From Spirochaetia bacterium (GTDB lineage Bacteria; Spirochaetota; Spirochaetia; UBA9216), in contig OY776510.1 of assembly GCA_963675665.1 (NCBI GenBank), forward strand, positions 928,001-992,000: a stretch of DNA of 64,000 nucleotides, given 5' to 3'. The position numbers and the translations under genes were made by a program. The notes under the pieces are model-generated. The model worked only from the letters and a program-made list of their open reading frames with translations. It was not told where the DNA came from and made no database searches. Below are positions 30,490-39,422 of the stretch, piece after piece. The stretch's first letter is position 1. Each line of letters starts with the position of its first letter.

Positions 30490-31893
30490 ATGGGTACAAA
30501 TGAAAAACATTTATCAAAAGCAATAAGCCCCCTGATGATGTGGGCTGCCGCGGCAGGAATGTTGATTGGTCCATGGCTGGTAGTAACAACCTGGTTCTTT
30601 TCTTTATCAGGGCCGTCGTTGACGCTTGCCTGCCTGATTACAGGTGTGCTTATGATTCCTATTGCGATGCTCTACGGCGAAATGGTAAGTATGCTCCCTG
30701 CAGCAGGGGGCAGTTATCATTTTACAGCAAATGCCTTCGGTTCGGCGGTTGGTTTTTCTTCTACATGGATGATAGGATTGGCATATATGGGGCTTATTGC
30801 CTTTAATGTCACTGCCCCCATCTTTATTATGCAGGCCGCAGGGTGGCTGCCGGAAACCGAATTGGTCAGGGTTTTTGCTGCTGTTTTGCTTGCAGTAATA
30901 TTCGGGATTATAAATTACTTCAAAGTTGAATTAACAACTAAAATACAGTTTATAATGGTCGCGGGATTATTAGTTGCAGGCCTGCTGGTTAATGGAGTTC
31001 TGTTATTTTTTTCCGGAGGCTGGACTGTAACGAATCTTCAACCGTTTTTTTCTACCGGAACAGGCGGTTTCATGTTGTCAGTCGGTTTGTTGTCAAATCT
31101 ATATTTTGGATTTGAAGCAATACCGCAGCTTGTAGAAGAAGCAAAGTATCCTCCGAAAAAAAATGTAAAAGTAATTCTTGTGGCCATAGGAACAGCCTGG
31201 TTAATTTATTCTGTAGCATTTCTGGGAATCTCCGGATGCGCTCCTCTGTCATGGATACTTGAACATGAGCTTTCGCCTGCGGAAGTGCTGCTTTATGTCT
31301 GGAAAGGGAATCCTCTCGGTGTAATCGGGTTCACAGTTGCAATGATTGTCGGAGCACTGGGTGCAACAACAGGCTTTAACGGTTTCTGGATAGCCTTGAA
31401 CAGGCTCTTTTATGCATTAGGGCGGGCAAAAATATTTCCGAGAAGATTTTCCAATCTGAATAAGCATAAAAGCCCCGGGTTCGCTAACTGGGTATCTATG
31501 AGTATAATAATTGTTCTGATACTTATTTCAGGTTCCGATTGGATTCAGGTATTATATGTTCTAATGACACTTGCTATTGCAATAGTATATTGTCTTGATT
31601 CACTTGCTTTTATAGCGTTAAGGAAAAAACACCCTGACTGGCCGCGGCCGTATAAACTGAAAAGCGGAATGGTTGTAGGTTTTCTTGCTTTGGCAGCGAG
31701 TGCTTTCTGTCTCTTCTGGTGTGTATATGCAATGACCGGCAGAGCCTGGATTATTTTTGTAATTTATCTGATTCTTGGCGTTATTGTTTATTTAAAACAG
31801 ATGTCTGTGCTGAAAAAGGAAAATGAAAAACCTTTTATCGTAACACCCAGTAATATTGATGAGGCAAATGAAATTATTCAGGAAGATGTTTAA
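30490..31893 (+). CDS. APC family amino acid/amine permease
   Basis: 12 TMs, 'YGEMVSMLPAAGG', 'YFGFE', 'LRKKHPDWPRPYK'. Confidence 0.92.
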   Translation: MGTNEKHLSKAISPLMMWAAAAGMLIGPWLVVTTWFFSLSGPSLTLACLITGVLMIPIAMLYGEMVSMLPAAGGSYHFTANAFGSAVGFSSTWMIGLAYMGLIAFNVTAPIFIMQAAGWLPETELVRVFAAVLLAVIFGIINYFKVELTTKIQFIMVAGLLVAGLLVNGVLLFFSGGWTVTNLQPFFSTGTGGFMLSVGLLSNLYFGFEAIPQLVEEAKYPPKKNVKVILVAIGTAWLIYSVAFLGISGCAPLSWILEHELSPAEVLLYVWKGNPLGVIGFTVAMIVGALGATTGFNGFWIALNRLFYALGRAKIFPRRFSNLNKHKSPGFANWVSMSIIIVLILISGSDWIQVLYVLMTLAIAIVYCLDSLAFIALRKKHPDWPRPYKLKSGMVVGFLALAASAFCLFWCVYAMTGRAWIIFVIYLILGVIVYLKQMSVLKKENEKPFIVTPSNIDEANEIIQEDV

Positions 31894-31930
31894 AATAATA
31901 TTCATAAAATCTTTCCTGAATTTTATTTAT

Positions 31931-31966
31931 CGGCAGTCCGGATCTCAATCCGGACTGCCGTTTTTT
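31931..31966 (+). terminator. Intrinsic terminator (class IIC intron target)
   Basis: cggcagtccggat-ctca-atccggactgccg followed by T6. Confidence 0.9.
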
Positions 31967-31967
31967 A

Positions 31968-33866
31968 GTTTGCCCTGCATGGGTAATGACTTGACGGTGA
32001 GAGTCCGTTACAGGTGGTAGTGTTAAAGAAACTGTTAGCTGACAGCAAGGGCGTAGTCGTGAGGCTGGGTCTGAAGGAAGCATGAGGCAAATTTCCGAAC
32101 CGACGAACAGAAATCACATATAAGGCTTTATCAGTGGACGAGTTTGCTAAAAGTGACGAAATCCGCACTACAACTGATGAAGTAAATGTGGCGGTTACAT
32201 GGAAGGAAAGTCATTATCCTTAACGGGGGAGGTCTCATGGACGTCTTAGGCTGCAATATCGCTTATTATAGACGGAGTAAAGCTTGCCATGAGAAGTCAG
32301 CAGAAGCCATAGTAGTGATGAGGAAACATCATGAAGGGCTGAACAATCAAATACCTTTCAAAGCGGAAAGGCCTACCTGATAATCCGAACGACGAAAAAA
32401 AAAGTCTTCACAGGGGATAATTCAGAGTAGAAAGGAACACATGAGAAAGGACGACAAGTTAATACCGAATACCAATCTATGCGAACAACTGATTTCCCCT
32501 GCAAATATTCAGGAAGCTGTCAGAAAGGTGATGGCAAATAAAGGTGCCTGTGGAGTGGATGGAATGGGAGTAGAAGAACTCCCGAAATACTTCGAGGCGA
32601 ACTATCCTGAAATATGCAGGCAGATTTTGAGCAGGAAGTACAAACCAAAACCAGTACTGCGAGTAGAAATACCAAAAGACAACGGGGGCGTACGACTTCT
32701 GGGGATCCCCACGGTAATAGACCGTGTAATCCAACAGGCTATGGTTCAGGTTTTAACTCCGGTGTTTGAACCGACTTTCAGCGACTTTAGTTTTGGGTTT
32801 CGACCGAACAGAAGCGCAGAAGATGCGGTTCGACTCGCCCAGACCTACATGTCCGAAGGATACACCCATGTAGTTGATTTGGATTTATCCAAGTTCTTCG
32901 ACACTGTAAACCATGACATCCTAATGAGTTTGATAGACAAACACATGGACGATAAGGACATCAGGAGGCTCATCTACGTATTCTTAAAAAGCGGAGTGAT
33001 GACGGATGGAAGTATGATGGCCACAGCCTTGGGAACACCTCAGGGGGGACCGCTGTCTCCACTACTGTCAAATATTTATCTAACCCCGTATGACAAGGAA
33101 TTGGAAAAGCGGGGATTACGTTTTGTCAGGTACGCAGATGACTGTAACATCTTCACAAAGAGCAAGAGGTCTTCTTACCGGGTGAGAGATAGTGTGAAAA
33201 GCTATCTTGAGCGAAAATTAAAACTTAAAGTGAATATGGAAAAGACAGAGGCGCGAAAAGCCGCGGGCTCTTCCTTCCTCGGATTCACCTTCTTGACCTA
33301 CGGGAAACAGGAAATATTAGGAATAGTCTATCCTCAAAAGAAGAAACTTAAGAAGCTCGAAGACCGTATCAGACTAATTACCCGACGTAACAGAGGAGTA
33401 AAGATTGAAACGGTTATTAAAGAGCTTAACAGCATGTTCAGAGGATGGATAGGATACTTCGCAAGAAGCTCCATGAAAAACTACCTCGAAAGGTTGGTGG
33501 AGTGGACAAGAAGACGCATTCGCCAATATCTTTGGAAACAGTGGAAAACCGGAAGGAATAGAAAACATCGTTTGAGACAATTAGGCGTTAGTGATTCTGT
33601 TCTGAGCCATTGGAAACTTGGAAGCAACTCTTATTGGAAAATGGCCGGTGTTATGAATCCTCTGTTGAAGAACGATATAATTCATAATCACTTTGGGTTG
33701 TTAGATGCTCTGGATTTCTACAAGAAACTCCATACGAAACGCATGGAGGCTGATCGGGTGGTACTTGATTTGAGGTACCACAGTCTATTTGGTTGAACCG
33801 CCGTATACCGAACGGTACGTACGGTGGTGTGAGAGGCAGAAATTTATTGATTTCTGCCTACTCGAT
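31968..33866 (+). mobile_element. Group II intron, class IIC (bacterial class C)
   Basis: 5' gtttgccctgcatggg (canonical gtgcgcccggcatggg), class C motifs gacggtgagagtccgt, ctgaaggaagc, gagaagtcagcagaagccatagtag; short DV ccgccgtataccgaacggtacgtacggtgg; DVI ending ctactcgAT; inserted directly after a terminator. Confidence 0.95.
32441..33796 (+). CDS. ltrA: Group II intron reverse transcriptase/maturase (no endonuclease domain)
   Basis: 'NKGACGVDG', 'RLLGIPTVIDR', 'GTPQGGPLSPLLSNIYL', YADD, domain X 'RGWIGYF'. Confidence 0.96.
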   Translation: MRKDDKLIPNTNLCEQLISPANIQEAVRKVMANKGACGVDGMGVEELPKYFEANYPEICRQILSRKYKPKPVLRVEIPKDNGGVRLLGIPTVIDRVIQQAMVQVLTPVFEPTFSDFSFGFRPNRSAEDAVRLAQTYMSEGYTHVVDLDLSKFFDTVNHDILMSLIDKHMDDKDIRRLIYVFLKSGVMTDGSMMATALGTPQGGPLSPLLSNIYLTPYDKELEKRGLRFVRYADDCNIFTKSKRSSYRVRDSVKSYLERKLKLKVNMEKTEARKAAGSSFLGFTFLTYGKQEILGIVYPQKKKLKKLEDRIRLITRRNRGVKIETVIKELNSMFRGWIGYFARSSMKNYLERLVEWTRRRIRQYLWKQWKTGRNRKHRLRQLGVSDSVLSHWKLGSNSYWKMAGVMNPLLKNDIIHNHFGLLDALDFYKKLHTKRMEADRVVLDLRYHSLFG

Positions 33867-33955
33867 TAGCAGTAATTATTAAAATATTTGATATACTTCC
33901 GGGTGTAAAACTGCCCTGCGGGGTTGACCTTTTTAAAAATTAAACAGCGGGATTC

Positions 33956-34072
33956 ATGAAAGCAACAGCATCTATAGATGAATTGGTAGATATCGCCAAT
34001 GCGGGAGTGGATGCCATAATTGGAACAACTCTTACATCAAAACTTGTCTTCATAACCGATGTCACTAATTAA
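33956..34072 (+). pseudogene. Possible FMN-binding domain remnant
   Basis: 38-aa ORF containing GVDAIIGTTLTS, resembling the VDAxSGATxTS flavinylation motif. Confidence 0.3.
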
Positions 34073-34223
34073 TATTATTTGAATAATTATTTATTAAATA
34101 TCAGCCCGGGTTTTGTCCATTTATATAGCAATGGACGATCTATACACCAGAATTATTTATGATTTTACATATTCAGAAAAGAAACCCGCAATAGCGGGGA
34201 GTTTAGAAATAATGGAGAATTAT

Positions 34224-35057
34224 ATGGAAAAGACAAAAAAGAATAGAATCGTGTTAGCATATTTTCTGGTTACCTTTCTTGTGTCCTGGGCGGGAATAAT
34301 CGGCGTTTCTTTTTTTCTTGGTATGCCGACAACCAGCGGCATATTCGAAAGCTATGGCCCCTTGGCCCTGATCCCGTTCCTGCTGGGTCCATCCGTGGTG
34401 GGTTTTATTACCGCCGGCCGGCAATATGGTATAGATGGCGTCAAGGAAATCCTGGGCCGTCTGGTTAATTGGAAGATAAGGTTTAAGTGGTATCTTTTCG
34501 CTGCGCTGACGGTTCCCGTGTTTATAGCAGCCTGGCTGCTGCTGTTGAACCTTCTGTCCTCTGAGTACGTACCCCGATATTTCGTTCAAAACGATAAAAT
34601 GGTATTCGTTATAACAGGCATACTCACCGGGCTGATCGGTGGAGGCCTTCTGGAAGAATTGGGCTGGACAGGTTTCGCTACCCCGCTGATGAGAAAAAAA
34701 TGGAGTGTATTGAAAACCGGACTGATTCTTGGATCTCTCTGGGGCTTGTGGCATTTTCTGCCGGTTTATTGGGGAAGCGGTGATGAGAACGGAGTAATTT
34801 CATGGAACCAGTTCCTGCCGGGGCTTTTCAGCCACTATGCTGTATTGATCCCGTTCCGTGTAATCCAGGTCTGGCTGCATGAGAAAACTAAAAGCCTTGT
34901 CACATCGGTGATTTTCCATTCAACTCTGACAACCTGTGCCCTGTTTCTGTTCTCTATCGACAACGAAGGAGTCCCCGTACTTATCTACTATGCCGGCATC
35001 GCGGTTTTTCTGTGGACGATTGTCGGTATTCTGTACAGGAAGGGTCAATTGAAATAA
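34224..35057 (+). CDS. CPBP (Abi/CAAX type II) intramembrane protease
   Basis: EELGW, 'WGLWH', 'SVIFH'; multiple TMs; ATG 34224 after GGAG. Confidence 0.88.
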   Translation: MEKTKKNRIVLAYFLVTFLVSWAGIIGVSFFLGMPTTSGIFESYGPLALIPFLLGPSVVGFITAGRQYGIDGVKEILGRLVNWKIRFKWYLFAALTVPVFIAAWLLLLNLLSSEYVPRYFVQNDKMVFVITGILTGLIGGGLLEELGWTGFATPLMRKKWSVLKTGLILGSLWGLWHFLPVYWGSGDENGVISWNQFLPGLFSHYAVLIPFRVIQVWLHEKTKSLVTSVIFHSTLTTCALFLFSIDNEGVPVLIYYAGIAVFLWTIVGILYRKGQLK

Positions 35058-35092
35058 TCATGGAAAATTTAAAATATTACAGAGGTAAAAGA

Positions 35093-35923
35093 ATGAAAAC
35101 AGTATTAGTGATTTCCGGCAGCCCGAGAAAAAAAGGGAATACCATGGAAATCATAAAACAAATAGAAGAGAACGTTCAAAAACAGGATTCCTCGGTACAA
35201 TTTGATTACACTTATTTGATCGATCTTAATCTGAAATTCTGCAGAGGATGCTCCCGATGTCTCACCCTGGGCGGCGACGCCTGCCCCATGAAAGATGACA
35301 AGGAAAATTTGCTCGACCGGATGCGCCGGGCCGACGGCCTGATTTTCGCATCGCCGGGATATTCCCATATGGTTTCGGCACTGTATAAGAACTTTATGGA
35401 TCGTTTTATGTACCTGGACCATCTTCCGGAATTGATCAATAAACCGGCGCTGATCGTGTCCACCACAGGGGGAGACGGGGTTTCCGGGGCTCCTGATTAT
35501 ATGAATAAGAAATCGGTTGTATGGTGGGGCTGTAATATCATCGATACCATCGGTGTAGCCCACGTTTTTTATAAAATTAACAGCAAATACAATAAAAGAA
35601 TAAATAAGCGACTGAGTAAAGCGGCCGGACGCTTCTTAAAAATCATGGACATCGAAAAGGAACGGAAACCGACCTTTAATCAGTATATGTGTTTCAAGAT
35701 GAACCAGGCGGAGCTGGTTATTTCTCCGGACGTTATGCCCTACCGGACCAGAATGTGGAATGAAAAAGGCTGGATGAATCAGGAATATTATTACCCCGTG
35801 AAAATCAACCTGTTATACCGGTTTATAGGAAACATACTGGTTCGAATGTCGGCCGTTATCTACCGGATAATGATCGGAAAGGATATGTCCGGGAAGATGC
35901 GGAGATATTTATTGGAAAATTAA
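35093..35923 (+). CDS. Flavodoxin family / iron-sulfur flavoprotein
   Basis: GSPRKKGNT, CRGCSRC...C, ASPGY. Confidence 0.88.
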   Translation: MKTVLVISGSPRKKGNTMEIIKQIEENVQKQDSSVQFDYTYLIDLNLKFCRGCSRCLTLGGDACPMKDDKENLLDRMRRADGLIFASPGYSHMVSALYKNFMDRFMYLDHLPELINKPALIVSTTGGDGVSGAPDYMNKKSVVWWGCNIIDTIGVAHVFYKINSKYNKRINKRLSKAAGRFLKIMDIEKERKPTFNQYMCFKMNQAELVISPDVMPYRTRMWNEKGWMNQEYYYPVKINLLYRFIGNILVRMSAVIYRIMIGKDMSGKMRRYLLEN

Positions 35924-36032
35924 ACGGTTGAATTAACAAGTGTGTAAATCGGGTAACAGGGAAGGTCTTCCCGGAAAGGATTATCCGGTTATGCATAACA
36001 TTTATTTACTTAAAAAATTCAAGGAGTTGAAA

Positions 36033-36530
36033 ATGAATGCTATTAAGAAAATGACAGGAATAGCTTTGGTGATGATGATCTTGTTCTCATGCGCAACGAA
36101 CAAGCAGCCGGAATTAGTCGGGGATATTCCCCCGGAACTGGAGGAGAAGCTGGTGCGTCAGGACGGGCACATTCCCTATTATTTCCCCGAACGGGTTGAA
36201 TTCGGAGATCTGAGTGACGGGACCTATCTCGGAAAATTATCAGGCGAGTTCATCGACCGGGGAAAGGTAAATGTCACGGTTGAGAACGGCGTAATCACCG
36301 ATGTGAAGATCGGGAAGATTACTCTATGGGCGCCGGATGTCCGGAAAGAGCATAGAACAGATGAAATAGATGTAGGGTTGCCGCAACAGGTAATCGATCG
36401 GCAGTCTCCTATGGTAGACGCAGTTTCCGGCGCCACCGGAACAACCCATGTGTTCAAGATCTGCGTTACTCGCGCCCTTTGGCAGGCTGCGGGGAAAGTT
36501 GATCCGATGGAAGCCTATTCTCCCTATTAG
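36033..36530 (+). CDS. FMN-binding (flavinylation-motif) lipoprotein
   Basis: Lipobox LFSC, 'DGTY', 'VTVENGVITDV', VDAVSGAT. Confidence 0.85.
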   Translation: MNAIKKMTGIALVMMILFSCATNKQPELVGDIPPELEEKLVRQDGHIPYYFPERVEFGDLSDGTYLGKLSGEFIDRGKVNVTVENGVITDVKIGKITLWAPDVRKEHRTDEIDVGLPQQVIDRQSPMVDAVSGATGTTHVFKICVTRALWQAAGKVDPMEAYSPY

Positions 36531-36553
36531 GGAAAGTAAATGTTTTACAATCC

Positions 36554-36597
36554 TTATCGGGTCCTGGAAAGACAATAGTCCGGAAAAGACCCGATAA
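36554..36597. terminator. Stem-loop between convergent genes
   Basis: ttatcgggtc...gacccgataa. Confidence 0.45.
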
Positions 36598-36628
36598 ATT
36601 TTATAAGACGGAGCCTGTTGAGTCACAA

Positions 36629-37375
36629 TCAATTCTCAGTATTGGAGATTTGTCTCTTTATTGCGTCTTCATTGGCGCTTAACTGTTCTCTCAATATTCG
36701 GGCGGCTCTTTTCCCGTCTTTGTCCTTTATTGCGTCGAATATATCGTGGTGAGCACTCTTTGCGTCTTCTTCAGTGAATACGCGGAAATCCGTTTTTTTC
36801 AGGCTCTCCAGGATAACCTCCCACAGAACATTGTAAAGCGCAATGAGAATATCGTTGCCTGCAATATCAAAAATCGTTTTGTGAAACCTGATGTCGTAGT
36901 AGATAAATTTCTCACGATCTTGAGCTTCCGCAGCTTTTTCCATTGAAGAAAGGATATTTCTTAGTGTCTGCAATTCTTTTTCTGTATGTTGAGAAGCGAC
37001 TATTTCAATGATAGACGGTTCAATAATCTTCCTGACTTGTATGAGTTTTAGTATTAAATCTTCTATATCGCTTGAAAATTGAAGGGTCGTGCTGAGGGTC
37101 TCAAGAAAGCTTCCGTATGCATTATTAACAAGGAAGGCTCCTTTGCCGTGTTTGATTTCTACCAGGCCCCGGGCTTGAAGAATCTTTAGAGCCTCCCGGA
37201 TACTTCTGGAACTTACCCCGAGCGCTTTTGACAACGAGTTCTCCGACGGTAATTTATCCCCCGGCATCAGGTTGTTCTTCTTGATATAATCCAGAACTAT
37301 CACACTGATTCTGGTTGGCAGGTCTGTGAGATGTCTCAACTGGAAGTCGCCTGAAAGTTCGACTGGATGTTCCAT
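36629..37375 (-). CDS. GntR/FadR family regulator
   Basis: 'PGDKLPSE...LGVSSRSIREAL...KHGKGAF', FCD 'DIRFH...AGN'. Confidence 0.93.
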   Translation of the reverse strand: MEHPVELSGDFQLRHLTDLPTRISVIVLDYIKKNNLMPGDKLPSENSLSKALGVSSRSIREALKILQARGLVEIKHGKGAFLVNNAYGSFLETLSTTLQFSSDIEDLILKLIQVRKIIEPSIIEIVASQHTEKELQTLRNILSSMEKAAEAQDREKFIYYDIRFHKTIFDIAGNDILIALYNVLWEVILESLKKTDFRVFTEEDAKSAHHDIFDAIKDKDGKRAARILREQLSANEDAIKRQISNTEN

Positions 37376-37462
37376 AATACCCCTCTGATTAATGTAACTA
37401 TACAATTTATGCTATACATGAATATCAAATTTGTCAAGACTCCAAACAAATGTCACATGTAT

Positions 37463-37492
37463 TCTTGACACTTGACATAAGTCGTGTATAAT
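37463..37492 (+). promoter_or_regulatory. Sigma70-type promoter/operator of TRAP operon 1
   Basis: TTGACA-16-TATAAT; 26/30 identical to 40843-40872. Confidence 0.75.
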
Positions 37493-37646
37493 GATGAGCG
37501 GGATTTACGTTAATAGAGAAAGGGTACAGTAAAGCGAACAAACAATTCGGCTATTTTTACTATCCCGCAGAGCAACGCTTCCATTGCAGAAAGCAATAAC
37601 GATAATCAAGCCGTAAGGCATGATATAAAAAAATGGAGGACATTTT

Positions 37647-38690
37647 ATGAAAAAAATTCTTTTTATGCTTTTAATGTTGGCTGTGACAGCGTCATTAATG
37701 GCAGGAGGTACAAAAGAGCATGCGGAAGACTCCGGTACTGCCGAAGCCGCAGAGGCTCATGGTAATCCGGTTAAGTTAACCGTAACCTTATCCGCCGTAT
37801 CCACGGATACTCACGCGAAGGCGATGATGGAGCTTAAAGACTACGTGGAAAAATCGTCGGGAGGAAACATTATAGTTGACGTATACACCGATTCAGCTAT
37901 TTTTACGCAGGCTGAGGAAGTGTCGGCAGTAGCTATGGGCGACGCGGATATAACCCTGACATCGCCGTCCTGGCTTGCCAGCGGTTCCCCCTGGGAATCC
38001 ATGTTTACCGCCGGGTATCTGTTCAAGAACTACGACCATATGACCGCGGTCCTGAACGGCGACATTGGTAAAAAAGCGTTCCGGACCATAGCAGACGAAC
38101 AGGGGCTATTGCCCCTGGGTGCATGGTACCTCGGCTCCCGAGTGGTCTCGCTGAAGGACGATATTGAAGTAAAAACACCAGAAGATATGGCCGGTATTAC
38201 GCTGAGAATGCCTAACTCGGAGGCCTACATGTTCCTCGGCACCGCGTTGGGCGCCAACGTGACCCCTATTGACTTTTCAGAACTTTATCTCGCCCTGCAG
38301 ACTGGTGTCGTCGATGGTCAGGATAACCCGTTGCCGACTGACAAAAACGCCAGGTTCTACGAGGTACAGTCCTGTATAATTTTGACAAAACATCTTATGG
38401 ACTCCGTATGGCCCGCGATTAACCGCGATACCTGGAACAGTATGACAGAGGCCCAGCAGAAGATTCTGATGGAAGGCGTTGAAGCCGGTCGTCGGTACTG
38501 CGACGATACCAATATCGCAATGGAAGCGGAACTCGTCTCCTTCTTTGAAGAGGAGGGCCTGCATATATATTATCCCGATGTCGATGCATTCCAGGCCTAT
38601 GCCCTCGAATGCTACCTGAACAGTCCCATCTCCGACAGCTGGGATATGGACTTGTATAAGGAAATTGTCGATATGGCCGCGAATTATTGA
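37647..38690 (+). CDS. dctP: TRAP substrate-binding protein
   Basis: 'TPEDMAGITLRMP', 'ELYLALQTGVVDGQDNP'. Confidence 0.93.
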   Translation: MKKILFMLLMLAVTASLMAGGTKEHAEDSGTAEAAEAHGNPVKLTVTLSAVSTDTHAKAMMELKDYVEKSSGGNIIVDVYTDSAIFTQAEEVSAVAMGDADITLTSPSWLASGSPWESMFTAGYLFKNYDHMTAVLNGDIGKKAFRTIADEQGLLPLGAWYLGSRVVSLKDDIEVKTPEDMAGITLRMPNSEAYMFLGTALGANVTPIDFSELYLALQTGVVDGQDNPLPTDKNARFYEVQSCIILTKHLMDSVWPAINRDTWNSMTEAQQKILMEGVEAGRRYCDDTNIAMEAELVSFFEEEGLHIYYPDVDAFQAYALECYLNSPISDSWDMDLYKEIVDMAANY

Positions 38691-38718
38691 TAAAACCTTT
38701 CTCGCATTATTGAAATCT

Positions 38719-38776
38719 GCGTTGTATTGGAGATCGGGAATAGCCGTTGATGTCATTCCCGGACCCAATACAGCGT
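38719..38776 (+). other. Intercistronic stem-loop after dctP (mRNA stability or attenuation)
   Basis: gcgttgtattgg..cgggaat / attcccg..ccaatacagcgt. Confidence 0.5.
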
Positions 38777-38816
38777 ATCCGCCTTTTTACCGACTACGAT
38801 TAAACGGAGAAGCTGT

Positions 38817-39422
38817 GTGACGTTATGTAAAAGAATATTCTTTTTTTTACGGGACTGTGTGGAGAAATATATCCCGATCGGTACTTTTTGTATCATGTTC
38901 ACTGTTTTCATAATTCAGGTGATCTGTCGTTATGTGTTGAAAAGCCCGATTACCTGGGCATATGAAATTACTGTCAGCTGTTATCTGTGGACTGTCGTTC
39001 TCGGCGCATGTTACACACAGCGCTGCAGGAGCCACGTCTCTTTTACTCTGGTATACGACAAGCTTGGTGTAAAGGGAAAAGCTGTTTGCGCTTTTCTTGG
39101 TGATGCTCTTATAGCATTTGCATTCGGGGTGCTGATTGTCCCGACCTGTAATTTTGTGTCACAAATCAAAATCCAGAAGACCAGCATTCTGAAAATCGGT
39201 CTGGATATCGTCTATGCCCCGATTGCGGTGTTTGTCGTCATCATTTTTATCTATATGCTTATTGATATGTATCACTGTTTCATGGTCTTTACCGGACTGG
39301 GCGGCAATGCGGCTGTCGCAAGGATGCTGGCTGAAAACAGGAATGAAGTAGAAGAGACGATTGAAGCCTCCGAAAAAAACTACAATGAAATCGACAAAAG
39401 AAGCAGGGAGGCGGCAGAATGA
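38817..39422 (+). CDS. dctQ: TRAP small permease
   Basis: 4 TMs, 'QVICRY...WAYE', 'SHV'. Confidence 0.88.
   Translation: MTLCKRIFFFLRDCVEKYIPIGTFCIMFTVFIIQVICRYVLKSPITWAYEITVSCYLWTVVLGACYTQRCRSHVSFTLVYDKLGVKGKAVCAFLGDALIAFAFGVLIVPTCNFVSQIKIQKTSILKIGLDIVYAPIAVFVVIIFIYMLIDMYHCFMVFTGLGGNAAVARMLAENRNEVEETIEASEKNYNEIDKRSREAAE

Noticed and set aside
32186-32380. 64-aa ORF upstream of the RT
   Set aside because: Lies within intron RNA domains I-III; not a credible gene.
32441-33796. RT as retron, DGR, CRISPR-RT or defence RT
   Set aside because: Flanked by complete group IIC ribozyme domains and carries maturase domain X; no TR/VR pair, msr-msd or array.
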